Virus record (IMG/VR): IMGVR_UViG_3300005323_000046
Location: 1 to 64,000 of that record
Origin: a virus
Direction: 5' to 3' (one strand)
DNA length: 64,000 nucleotides
Position numbers and translations under genes: made by a program. The notes beneath the pieces were generated by a model. It ran no database searches, was not told the origin of the DNA, and saw only the letters and a program-made list of their open reading frames with translations. This document shows, piece by piece, positions 10,486-19,332 of this stretch. How positions within the stretch are numbered: position 1 is the stretch's first letter; the number at the start of each line of letters is the position of its first letter.

Positions 10486-10504
10486 AAGATTAAAATAGTA
10501 TTAG
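10486..10504 (+). promoter_or_regulatory. promoter-like motif AAGATTAAAATAGTATTAG
   Basis: Copy of the recurrent motif; 16 nt upstream of the 10521 ATG. Confidence 0.45.
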
Positions 10505-10520
10505 TTCAATTATTAAAATT

Positions 10521-11072
10521 ATGTCTAAAAGCAAGAAATTTACAGATATGGAATCCAAGAGAATTCTGGGTTATACGAGCGATTCCCAAGAAGATGATCT
10601 TCTAGGGGAACAGCAGGAAGTTAAGAAAGAATTCTCTCCCGCGACTCTTCTCGTCCAAGATATAATAAATAGTATTATAGAAATTGGAAGACCTCCTTAT
10701 TCTGATACTCTATTTGTAGATTCAGGTTTTTCTTTCCAAGAACCAAAAAAGAAGGAAAGGACATTTGGACCTAGCGGGTTGATGTTCCCCAAAAATTGTT
10801 ATGTAGGTGTTTTCCCTTCCAAATATCAATTTTGTTCTCGTGACGCGCTTCTTGCTTACTTAAGTGGCTTGGAAACAACAGATCCTTATGAAGTTCGCGA
10901 GGCAGTAAAAGAAAAATTCTTGGGATGTCCTATTGGGATTGCCGGAGGATATAAAGAGGGGGAGCCTGGAGCTACATATAATGTAGTTTGGATGGATGAA
11001 AAAACGAGAATTTATTATAGTCCGTCTAGAAAAGAGATTATAGATATTGTACCGTTGGTGATCATAATTTGA
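10521..11072 (+). CDS. hypothetical protein
   Basis: 183-aa ORF. Confidence 0.45.
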   Translation: MSKSKKFTDMESKRILGYTSDSQEDDLLGEQQEVKKEFSPATLLVQDIINSIIEIGRPPYSDTLFVDSGFSFQEPKKKERTFGPSGLMFPKNCYVGVFPSKYQFCSRDALLAYLSGLETTDPYEVREAVKEKFLGCPIGIAGGYKEGEPGATYNVVWMDEKTRIYYSPSRKEIIDIVPLVIII

Positions 11073-11611
11073 AATTAATTCTTATGTTTGCTCTAATTGC
11101 CCTTATTTCTTTATCTTCAGGACTTGAAGTGTCGCAAAGTTTTGTTGGTGAAGGGCAATGGTCTACGAGTGCAAAAATGGGGACTATAGCCACTGAAATG
11201 AGCGGACAAGGAGATATGTCTTATGCTGCTCAGGGAGATGTAACAGATAGTGGAGCAATTCTTAAGTCTGGATTGGAATTTGATGGGTCAAAAGGTCGAG
11301 TTAAAATTCAATCTGATTTAGGAAATGATGTTTTTTTTAACACATTCGCTAGAAACGCCAGTCATATAAGCTTGAGAACAAAAATCGATACTGCTAGTTC
11401 TGAAGATACCCAGGACTCAACAATTGGATCTCTTTCTCTTCATAGTGCCAGTATAAATGGTCAAATAAATGGCACATTTAAAGAAGAAATTTCTGACGGA
11501 TTCCATATTGGAAGACCCGTTGAAATGTCGGGCTTGGTAGGTGTAGGTAACTTTACAATTAACAGTAGTATTAATTTGAAAGAATATTGGGGCGGTGTAA
11601 CAAATGAGTAA
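11069..11611 (+). CDS. secreted protein
   Basis: Signal peptide MKLILMFALIALISLSSG; start overlaps the upstream stop. Confidence 0.45.
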   Translation: MKLILMFALIALISLSSGLEVSQSFVGEGQWSTSAKMGTIATEMSGQGDMSYAAQGDVTDSGAILKSGLEFDGSKGRVKIQSDLGNDVFFNTFARNASHISLRTKIDTASSEDTQDSTIGSLSLHSASINGQINGTFKEEISDGFHIGRPVEMSGLVGVGNFTINSSINLKEYWGGVTNE

Positions 11612-12026
11612 GAATCCTATAAATCTCGACCTTGAAGAGGAATATGGAGGTGGAGTCGATAGTCAGGATGTTTATGTGGATACTACTAATTATAGCGAGT
11701 GTGTTCCTTGGGAAAGTCCAGAAAAATTTCTTGTATTAGGTGGAACTATTGCAGGTGCTCCATTTCAGTGGTTAGATTTCGCTAAAATAGATACTGTTGT
11801 TAAAGCTCCTTATAGTGGACTCGTAATTGATGTTGAAGTTGACGAAGATTTTTACCAGAAATTCATTAAAAATTATGGATCTAAAGCCATGCTTTTTTCT
11901 AGGGCGGGAGGTCAGGGAAGTATTACAAGAAGGGGTTGGAAGGAAATGATGGGGACAGACGGACTTAAGGGAATGATCCTTAAGACTCTTAATCGTAAAA
12001 TAACAGGTGGTGGGATACATTTCTGA
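11604..12026 (+). CDS. hypothetical protein
   Basis: 140-aa ORF overlapping the upstream stop. Confidence 0.45.
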   Translation: MSKNPINLDLEEEYGGGVDSQDVYVDTTNYSECVPWESPEKFLVLGGTIAGAPFQWLDFAKIDTVVKAPYSGLVIDVEVDEDFYQKFIKNYGSKAMLFSRAGGQGSITRRGWKEMMGTDGLKGMILKTLNRKITGGGIHF

Positions 12027-12233
12027 TAATATAGAGCCAATATGTTCTTTAGGATTTGTAAACCCTAAAGATTTTATGGATCATCCTATTATAGATTATT
12101 TTGAAGGAGATCCTATTGTTTGAGATCGAAAAAGAGAAATTTCGGGTAATGTGGAAAGACAAATTTCCGCCAGAGCCGATATTGGTGAGATTTACGGATG
12201 ACCAATAATATTTTTAATTATAATCAACAATAG

Positions 12234-12662
12234 GTGTTAAACATGGTAGAAGTCGTAAAAGATAATACAGATGTTAACAAGCTCAGAAGAAAGCTTGTTG
12301 ACATTAAGCTTGCTTTTAAGGAAAGCATGGATCGAGAAGTTTCTAGAGTTTTCGAGGAAATTGAAGACTTGGATACTGAAATAAAGGAAGGTATGTCTAA
12401 TAGGGTAGGCTCAGGTTTCATGGCAAACGAAGCCAAGAAGTATGCATACAGACTCATTAAACCCATCATGAGAGATACGCTCCAAGATCTTGACGGGATT
12501 AAAGTAGATCTAGCGACCGACATTAGCGGACTTGTCGGGGAAGATTTCGTTAGAAATCCTGAAAACAGTAAGTTGGGTGGACTTATAGGGAATGCCTCCC
12601 AGAAGAATTTTGAGCAGTCTGAGCTGGCAATACAGGTATTAACTCCTCCGTCTGAGGGTTAA
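12234..12662 (+). CDS. hypothetical protein
   Basis: 142-aa ORF. Confidence 0.45.
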   Translation: MLNMVEVVKDNTDVNKLRRKLVDIKLAFKESMDREVSRVFEEIEDLDTEIKEGMSNRVGSGFMANEAKKYAYRLIKPIMRDTLQDLDGIKVDLATDISGLVGEDFVRNPENSKLGGLIGNASQKNFEQSELAIQVLTPPSEG

Positions 12663-12867
12663 TATTTAATTCATTTTTTTAAATTTTCTCTTTTTAAATC
12701 CCAACGATTTAAAAGTCTATGCAAGCTTTTCTTCACTGCAATGGACATTTAAAACCTTGTAATGAATTAATATGTTCTCTTTGTAGAAACAAAGAGAAAA
12801 ATTTTAGATCTTGGATAACTAGAGAAGAGTGTTATGAAATTAATAATCCCCGAAAGGTTTAAATATA

Positions 12868-13197
12868 ATGTATAGAAAACTACATAATAGTGAGGTATTA
12901 ATGAGAAAAATTTTTGCGCTATTGATGGTAATTGTTATGGCAATTATCGGTATTACTTTTGCTGAGGATTACATTAAGGTAACTGATGTTCCTATTAAGG
13001 ATCTTGGGGACCTTTCGCTAGATGAAATTGATGCTATTTTCAGTGGTGGAGATTCTTGGTTTATGAATGTGGGACCGTCTCAGTATACTCCGAGTCAGAT
13101 GGGATTTTTGAAGGACAATGAGAAGGATGGAAGGCCTTTGGGAAATGTTAGTCCTAAACATGCATATGTTGGGAGTGTGAACAGACTAACTCCTTAA
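12868..13197 (+). CDS. membrane-anchored protein
   Basis: N-terminal transmembrane segment IFALLMVIVMAIIGITFA. Confidence 0.4.
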   Translation: MYRKLHNSEVLMRKIFALLMVIVMAIIGITFAEDYIKVTDVPIKDLGDLSLDEIDAIFSGGDSWFMNVGPSQYTPSQMGFLKDNEKDGRPLGNVSPKHAYVGSVNRLTP

Positions 13198-13673
13198 AAT
13201 ATTTCTTCATCAACTACATATAAATTCTTTTTTCTTTTTAATTTTGGATAACTAATTATATCTTTCATCTTCAACGATTTTTCTCCAGAGGTCCAAATAT
13301 TATAAACTTCGTTCATATCTATAAAATAACACTCTTTTGGTTTTCCTGGCCCAAGTCTACATTCTACTATTAAATACCCCCTTCTTCCTGTTTGTTCTAT
13401 AAAAAAATGCTCTTTATCTAACTGATGAATTCCGTCTGACTCTGAAAATCTTGATTTAAAGTTTAAAGATTTGTATTTTGAAGCATTTATGGATTTACAT
13501 TCTGCCGCAAAATAATATTTTTTATCTAATGAATCTGACAAAAAATCACAGAATTGCCCACGCGAGAAGCGGCTCTGGAACAGACGATGAGCTAACGCTT
13601 TAATACCTTCGGTTTTATAATATATATTCAATGCTTTTACAATTTCGTTTTCCATTTGTGTCATGATGCACAA
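13194..13673 (-). CDS. PD-(D/E)xK nuclease, Hjc-like resolvase candidate
   Basis: D..E-x-K arrangement (DFLSD ... FAAECKS) in a 159-aa basic protein; convergent with the upstream gene. Confidence 0.4.
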   Translation of the reverse strand: MCIMTQMENEIVKALNIYYKTEGIKALAHRLFQSRFSRGQFCDFLSDSLDKKYYFAAECKSINASKYKSLNFKSRFSESDGIHQLDKEHFFIEQTGRRGYLIVECRLGPGKPKECYFIDMNEVYNIWTSGEKSLKMKDIISYPKLKRKKNLYVVDEEIF

Positions 13674-13777
13674 TGAATAGATTTATTTATATTTAAATTT
13701 AGCGGCCAACAACTATTTATTCCATAGAGTCTTAAAGTAAAGATCATGAAACTAGAACATCTTTTGGAGGATAAAAA

Positions 13778-13957
13778 GTGAGCTACTGTCCCTCTTGCGG
13801 GCGTTTTTATGCTTCATCTAGGGGAGAATGTCCTAAATGTAAGGTCTCTTTAGAGAAGAATAAAGCGGACAAGAAGGTTGTAGACTCATATCCAATTCCT
13901 CAGATTTTTGCAGGGAGAATATTCTTTAGAAATGGTGGTTTGGTGTTTAAAATATGA
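13778..13957 (+). CDS. small zinc-ribbon protein (59 aa, GTG start; not in the ORF track)
   Basis: CPSCG..CPKC; GGAGG 8 nt upstream of the GTG; stop overlaps the next ATG (ATGA). Confidence 0.45.
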   Translation: MSYCPSCGRFYASSRGECPKCKVSLEKNKADKKVVDSYPIPQIFAGRIFFRNGGLVFKI

Positions 13958-14163
13958 ACGATTTTATGGTTAAATTTACACTAAAAGAAGATTTTGGATT
14001 AGAAATAGATGTTATTGACAATGAGATTCTTGAATTAAGTGTTGTATTTAAGGGTGATATAAGTGGAAAACCTATAAGATTTAGAGCCAAAATTTATGAA
14101 AAACCTTGGGAATCTTATTTAACATCTGAAGAATTAAAAGAGTTCATGGAGATGAATCTGTGA
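13954..14163 (+). CDS. hypothetical protein
   Basis: 69-aa ORF, translationally coupled to its neighbours. Confidence 0.4.
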   Translation: MNDFMVKFTLKEDFGLEIDVIDNEILELSVVFKGDISGKPIRFRAKIYEKPWESYLTSEELKEFMEMNL

Positions 14164-14435
14164 GATATTATTTTGCTTATATTCTAGAAAGTTATCGGGA
14201 AGATTATCCTAAAAACTCGGTAATTGTATACAAGAGACATAATTCATTGTATGCCAGTAAAGGATTAAAATTGGATATGTCGGTTTTAGATACATCTATT
14301 GAAGGAGCTAAACCCGAGAAAGTAGCTAAAACTATTGGATTGGGATATGCAGATTTTAAAGATGAAGTGGACTATAGAGATAGATCTGGAGAAGTAATAA
14401 AAAAGAAAAATGAAAGAGGTGGGAATAGATGGTAG
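14160..14435 (+). CDS. hypothetical protein
   Basis: 91-aa ORF overlapping the upstream stop. Confidence 0.4.
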   Translation: MRYYFAYILESYREDYPKNSVIVYKRHNSLYASKGLKLDMSVLDTSIEGAKPEKVAKTIGLGYADFKDEVDYRDRSGEVIKKKNERGGNRW

Positions 14436-14601
14436 TAGTTAAACATTCAAGGGACACTTGGAATGTGTCAATATTGGTTGCAAATGTTCGTTGTCCGTTT
14501 ATTTATTATCCTGCGAGCTATATTGGTTGCTTAGTTCGCAAAGAGAATTATTTAGATAATGATGAGTGTCAGAAGGAAAATTGTCCGTTTAGGGTGAACC
14601 G

Positions 14602-14862
14602 ATGACCGTCCTCCAGACTTTTTATAACCTCGTCTTGGATTCTTCTCTTCAAGAAGAACTTAGCTCCCTAGGAATTTCTAAGGAATCTACAGATAGATTT
14701 AGTTTTTTGTGGGCATCCTATTTAAAATCTACTCTGCCAGAGAAAGATTATGTGCAAAAATTTGTTCAATTGAATGATTTTGATGACCGAGAAAAGATGA
14801 TGATTGGGATGTTTTTACTTCATAATAAAGTATCTGGCAAAATTGCAATGTTTAAGGAGTGA
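14602..14862 (+). CDS. hypothetical protein
   Basis: 86-aa ORF. Confidence 0.4.
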   Translation: MTVLQTFYNLVLDSSLQEELSSLGISKESTDRFSFLWASYLKSTLPEKDYVQKFVQLNDFDDREKMMIGMFLLHNKVSGKIAMFKE

Positions 14863-14868
14863 AAATTC

Positions 14869-15057
14869 TTGATCTTCGAAAAAATGTTTCCTACTGCAAA
14901 ACATATGGAAGAGGTACGTGAGGGTTTAATTTGGAGTAAAGCGATTGGTCCATGTTTTGTTTGTGGTTTCCCCACTCATTTTATAGAGATTAATTACCAA
15001 GATTATTTTTGTTCCTCAGAATGTTTAAATAAAATGGATCGGGAGGCGTATAAATGA
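14869..15057 (+). CDS. small zinc-binding protein
   Basis: CFVCGF..CSSEC. Confidence 0.35.
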   Translation: MIFEKMFPTAKHMEEVREGLIWSKAIGPCFVCGFPTHFIEINYQDYFCSSECLNKMDREAYK

Positions 15058-15632
15058 CATGTATTGTAGGCTTAATAGAAAATGGTATTGTTTATATGGG
15101 CGGAGATAGTGCAGCATGTGATGATTCTTCTCTTAATATTATTAAAGGTCTTAAAGTATTCAAGAAAGACGAATTTTTATTTGGAATAAGTGGAAATCCG
15201 CGGATGAGTGATATCTTAAGATATAATTTCGAAATTCCTGTGATAATGGATAAAGACCAAGATATTTTAGAATATATGCATCAATATTTTATTCCCGAGT
15301 TGAAAGAATGTCTATCGGGAAACGGAGTTCTTATAAAACAAAACGAAGTAGTATCTAGTGATTCTTGGGTTATGATTGGTTATCAAGGGAGGTTATTTGT
15401 TTTGCAATCGCATTTTCATCTTTCAGAAAGTTTATTGAATTATGATGCCTTAGGAAGCGGAATGGACGCCGCTCTTGGATGTTTATACGGATTAGAAGAT
15501 TTAATGAATAGTGAATGGATCGTAAAGATGGGTCCCGAAGAAAAATTGATACTTGCTTTACAGGCATCAGAAAGATTTAATTGTAATGTTAGAAGACCTT
15601 TTACTATATTATCTGCGGCCCAACAAGATTAA
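15054..15632 (+). CDS. HslV/proteasome beta-like Ntn-hydrolase peptidase
   Basis: N-terminal M-T-CIVGL..GIVYMGGDS (Thr1 nucleophile after Met removal) and GSG motif DALGSGMDAAL, as in HslV TTIVSV..GDGQ / IAIGSGG. Confidence 0.7.
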   Translation: MTCIVGLIENGIVYMGGDSAACDDSSLNIIKGLKVFKKDEFLFGISGNPRMSDILRYNFEIPVIMDKDQDILEYMHQYFIPELKECLSGNGVLIKQNEVVSSDSWVMIGYQGRLFVLQSHFHLSESLLNYDALGSGMDAALGCLYGLEDLMNSEWIVKMGPEEKLILALQASERFNCNVRRPFTILSAAQQD

Positions 15633-15644
15633 ATAGTATTAAGG
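15631..15644 (+). promoter_or_regulatory. promoter-like motif (C)AAGATTAAATAGTATTAAGG
   Basis: Recurrent motif lying between the hslV-like stop and the next start. Confidence 0.45.
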
Positions 15645-15648
15645 CTAG

Positions 15649-16305
15649 GTGGAATGTATGGATGAATATCTTATAGAGGGGACGGAAAACCAATTAAACC
15701 TTCTGCTGGAGGCTTATGATTTTGTTTTCCGAATTGGAAATGGAGAATTAGAACTAATTACAGAGATAATTCGACCTTTTAACGACCCCGATGGTTCCAA
15801 GTTAAGGGACTTAAAAGAGGAAATTTCTCGTTTAAAAATAAAATATATCTATCCTCTGCCTATAGAAGGGAACAGAGAAATATTTAATATAGTAAATAAT
15901 ATGATAACCTGTAGTGAATCCCAACTAAGACTTCTCTCATGGGCGTGTGATTTTGTCTCTAGAATTCAGATCTGCCAATTTGATAGAATAGCGGATATAA
16001 TAGAACCATCGGGACTTGATCCAAATTTTAAAAAACTTTGGAATTTTAGGGATGATTTAGATAGATTGAAATCATACTGGGACCTCCCTAAAAATGCGAG
16101 CTATGGAATATTTTCTGAAGAAGTTCCTAATACCGCAAGAACTCTATGGGACATACATCAAGTAATAAGAAATAGATTAGCCTATGACTCGAATCCGGGA
16201 GTTACTCCAGAAAATAGGTGGAAGAAAGGAAAATTTACAGTAGATTTTGACGAGCCGTTTCATGCAAACAAAGATATTCCGTTAATAAAGGTGAGAAAAG
16301 TATGA
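15649..16305 (+). CDS. hypothetical protein (GTG at 15649; ATG at 15658 is more likely)
   Basis: 218-aa ORF; AGGTGG sits 10 nt before the ATG at 15658. Confidence 0.45.
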   Translation: MECMDEYLIEGTENQLNLLLEAYDFVFRIGNGELELITEIIRPFNDPDGSKLRDLKEEISRLKIKYIYPLPIEGNREIFNIVNNMITCSESQLRLLSWACDFVSRIQICQFDRIADIIEPSGLDPNFKKLWNFRDDLDRLKSYWDLPKNASYGIFSEEVPNTARTLWDIHQVIRNRLAYDSNPGVTPENRWKKGKFTVDFDEPFHANKDIPLIKVRKV

Positions 16306-16568
16306 ATCTGATTGATAAGGTAACTGAGATGAAGGCGAACGCTACCAAAAAACACGGCGTTGGGGCGGCATGTGACAATGTAGGCACCACGAACATTGCC
16401 CTGCAAAATGTCGCGCCTGTAGTGCTGGATATCCTTGGTGAGATCCGGCACGGGGACGCTGATTTGATAGAAGAGATCTTGTATTGTGGTATTCTGTGGA
16501 ACGAATATCAATCTGAGGTCTTGCGCCGATATCAAGCGATGGCGGCCAAAATGGAGGAAAACAAATGA
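16302..16568 (+). CDS. hypothetical protein in a GC-rich island
   Basis: 88-aa ORF; locally ~50% GC. Confidence 0.4.
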   Translation: MNLIDKVTEMKANATKKHGVGAACDNVGTTNIALQNVAPVVLDILGEIRHGDADLIEEILYCGILWNEYQSEVLRRYQAMAAKMEENK

Positions 16569-16864
16569 GATGCCCCACCTGTGATACACTCCTATATCTC
16601 CGAGATTGTCCTATGGACGTGGACAAAATATTGTACTGTGAAAAATGCTTCGCATATTGGCCGAAAGTGCAATCGGCAACGGAAATTGAGAAGCTGCATA
16701 AGCAGATTGCCGCCCTGAAAGCAATCGTCATCAATGAACGATTGCAGTATAATGAACTTATCCGAGAACAATGTGATGGATACGGACCAGAATATGATAC
16801 AGAAGAGTTTGCTAGGAAGGAGCTGGCCCGCGAGCTACCCGAGATTGATTGGGGTGAGTTATGA
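16565..16864 (+). CDS. zinc-ribbon protein in a GC-rich island
   Basis: CPTCD..CEKC. Confidence 0.4.
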   Translation: MRCPTCDTLLYLRDCPMDVDKILYCEKCFAYWPKVQSATEIEKLHKQIAALKAIVINERLQYNELIREQCDGYGPEYDTEEFARKELARELPEIDWGEL

Positions 16865-16960
16865 TGAAAGAAGATTGTTTTATTACAGCATTTGCAGTGT
16901 CGCATGAAATTATTTATTGCAAATCTGATATATTGTACTATCAACTGATCAAGTATCGAG

Positions 16961-17449
16961 ATGATGCTAATGAGTGACGACCTCATAGAGAGAGCTGAAA
17001 ACGCACTGGCAGACGGGAATGGCAACTCGTATCTGTATGCCGGATTGCTCAGAGAAGCGATAAACGAGGTCAAGCGACAAGATGAGGGTATCGCAGGACT
17101 GATGAAAGAGATCACAAAATGGCGGGCGATCGCGATAGAAGCCACCGCCAGACATCTGTATCCGTTCAAATTGCCGTCGTGGGATCGCCTGCCCGAAGAG
17201 GATGTTATTGAGCACGGATCTCATTTAGTTCAGCGCGGCAAGGTATATTGGCGATCGGTTGCCGCAAAAGAGCTGGATTTGCATATCAACCAGGAAAAGA
17301 GCTATCTGAAACGACTTGAGGAAGCTTATCTGATCGCAGAAAAACGGCTAATCGCATTTCATTACAGATGTAAAAAAGGCGAGAATATGCAGGATGCAGT
17401 AAACCAAGCGGCACAAGCTGCATTGGTCAAAATTCGCGATGAGAGGTGA
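16961..17449 (+). CDS. hypothetical protein in a GC-rich island
   Basis: 162-aa ORF. Confidence 0.4.
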   Translation: MMLMSDDLIERAENALADGNGNSYLYAGLLREAINEVKRQDEGIAGLMKEITKWRAIAIEATARHLYPFKLPSWDRLPEEDVIEHGSHLVQRGKVYWRSVAAKELDLHINQEKSYLKRLEEAYLIAEKRLIAFHYRCKKGENMQDAVNQAAQAALVKIRDER

Positions 17450-17530
17450 ACATGTCAAAAGAAAAACGCAATTGATCTGATCAAGCAAATGCAAGCCGCT
17501 ATTATGGAAGGCGGTCCATATTGTGGATAA

Positions 17531-17547
17531 GTATAAATAGTAGTAAG
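17531..17547 (+). promoter_or_regulatory. promoter-like motif GTATAAATAGTAGTAAG
   Basis: The 20-mer including the preceding TAA is identical to the copy at 22926..22945. Confidence 0.5.
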
Positions 17548-17577
17548 TTTATCTATATGTTGCAGGAGACTAACTTC

Positions 17578-18051
17578 ATGAGTAGGAGACCAAATTATAC
17601 CCCAAAAGAGGCTATCAAGGAAGAGAATCTTGTAAAAATCGCTCTCTGGAATGGTAAAGTTTTTCATGCAGGGGTTGTTGATGTTTTTGATAATGGAGGT
17701 AAACTTCATATTGTAAGACTGAATAAGGGAAGAGTCGTGCGGAGAGAAGTTTTAGCAATTGATTATGGTCCCGGAAATATAAGAGAGATATGTCCTCTAG
17801 ATGGACATATTCTAAAGGGAATATCTGGGGACCACGTTCTTTCGGTGAGTGGGGAGAATCTTTTTAAAAAGTATAAAAAGATGGAAAATATTAAAAATAC
17901 TCAAGGAATTAGTAAAAACATTCCATCTGGCGAATTTCTAAATTTTGTAAAAGAACAGGAAAGATTTTTCGCCAGAAGAGAGTTAGATTCTAAAATAATG
18001 AATCAAAAGATTCAATGCGCAGAAAAGAGATCAGGGTGTGATGTCCGATAG
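17578..18051 (+). CDS. hypothetical protein (start moved to the ATG at 17578)
   Basis: AGGAG 8 nt upstream of the ATG at 17578; the track ORF (17521) would begin inside the promoter motif. Confidence 0.45.
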   Translation: MSRRPNYTPKEAIKEENLVKIALWNGKVFHAGVVDVFDNGGKLHIVRLNKGRVVRREVLAIDYGPGNIREICPLDGHILKGISGDHVLSVSGENLFKKYKKMENIKNTQGISKNIPSGEFLNFVKEQERFFARRELDSKIMNQKIQCAEKRSGCDVR

Positions 18052-18445
18052 TTTTAGCGCTTTTTCTTTTAAAAATATCTGGAAAGCAATTAAAACTTGC
18101 GATCTTGGATATTTAAGATTTTTGTTGGAAGAATGGTATCTTGATAACATAGAATGGAGAATAAGACACCATCTTCTGAACCAAAGATGTGAAAATTGTA
18201 GAAATTGGTATTTTGAAGGTAGACTTGCAGGGAGAGGCTGCGGAAAATGTGACCTCGAACATCATTGTTATGATTATCATGATTGGTGTCCCATTTGGAA
18301 CATAGATTTTGATATAGATGAGCGAGGATATACTTTATGTGAAGATGGGTGGGAGCGAGTAGCCACAACACCCGCGGGGAAGGAAATTACTCAGGTATCG
18401 AAAAGTGGAATTTGGATGTATAAGCACGATGGAGAGATGAAGTAA
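18038..18445 (+). CDS. Cys/His-rich protein
   Basis: CENCRNW..CGKCD..HHCYDYHDWC. Confidence 0.4.
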   Translation: MMSDSFSAFSFKNIWKAIKTCDLGYLRFLLEEWYLDNIEWRIRHHLLNQRCENCRNWYFEGRLAGRGCGKCDLEHHCYDYHDWCPIWNIDFDIDERGYTLCEDGWERVATTPAGKEITQVSKSGIWMYKHDGEMK

Positions 18446-19332
18446 TGTCAATTAAAGTATTTTATCATAGCAAAGATCTTGATGGCTGGGCCAGTGGAGC
18501 AATTGTAAAGCATAAGTATCCTGAAGCGGAGATGTTTCCAATAAATTATGGGGACAAATTCCCTTGGAGTGAAATAAAACCCGATGATGTTGTTTATATG
18601 GTGGATTTTAGTTTATCTATAGAAGACATGGATAGGTTAAACAATCATTTGCAACAGAATTTAGCTTGGATTGACCATCACATAGGGATTATTAGAGAAT
18701 ATGAAGATACTCCTATGAGATATCTTCCTATTTTGGGAAAAAGGGACACTTCTGTTGCTGCGTGTGAACTAACATGGGAATTTTTATTTGGTGGACGAAT
18801 TCCAGTATTTATCAGATTGTTGAGTTTGTACGACACTTGGAGTCATAATGATAGAGAATTCGACTGGAATTTTATAGAAGACTTTCAGTACGGATTTAAG
18901 GCGGGTTCAAAAGATCCTAAAGACGATATGAGTTTTTGGGATATGTGGTTTAGATTTAAAGATCGAGAAGATTTGGCCCATGAGGTTATGCTTGATGGAA
19001 AATTGATTCGGTCCTACATTGAAGATCGGTTTGAAACTACTCTTAGAGATAGGTCTTATAAAATTGATTGGGAAGGGTATAGGTGTCTCGTAGTCAATGG
19101 CGATCCTTATATTGCTAATTTCATGACCCGAAGCAAGGAATTTGAAGGATGCTTCGTTGCAATCAGTTATGTAAACAGAAAAGGAGAATCTTGGGAAGTG
19201 TCTCTACGAACTCTTAGAAATGATATAGATTTGTCCGTTTTAGCAAAGAAATATGGAGGTGGAGGTCACCGCGCGGCTGCGGGGTTTGGTTGGGAATCTA
19301 TCGTGTTACCGTGGGATCTGGAGATCGGTTAA
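18445..19332 (+). CDS. DHH-family phosphoesterase (NrnA-like nanoRNase / pAp phosphatase)
   Basis: DHH motifs HSKDLDGWASGAI, WIDHH and DHHA1 GGGH. Confidence 0.7.
   Translation: MSIKVFYHSKDLDGWASGAIVKHKYPEAEMFPINYGDKFPWSEIKPDDVVYMVDFSLSIEDMDRLNNHLQQNLAWIDHHIGIIREYEDTPMRYLPILGKRDTSVAACELTWEFLFGGRIPVFIRLLSLYDTWSHNDREFDWNFIEDFQYGFKAGSKDPKDDMSFWDMWFRFKDREDLAHEVMLDGKLIRSYIEDRFETTLRDRSYKIDWEGYRCLVVNGDPYIANFMTRSKEFEGCFVAISYVNRKGESWEVSLRTLRNDIDLSVLAKKYGGGGHRAAAGFGWESIVLPWDLEIG

Larger units (their letters stand above)
9236..10490 (-). mobile_element. putative TnpB-only IS605-family element (IS1341-like); boundaries approximate
   Basis: Intact tnpB with no tnpA; perfect nested palindrome 10443-10483 in the upstream flank could be the left-end hairpin; the right end must lie within ~5 nt of the primase ATG. 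Confidence 0.4.

Noticed and set aside
12224-12523. 99-aa minus-strand Ser-rich ORF
   Set aside because: Antisense to the 12234..12662 plus-strand gene; low complexity, breaks the plus-strand gene array.
16342-17169. 275-aa minus-strand ORF antisense to three plus-strand genes
   Set aside because: It lies entirely within the GC-rich island where stops are rare, and its translation is low-complexity Ser/Arg/Cys-rich. It runs antisense to well-formed coupled plus-strand ORFs, so is most likely spurious.
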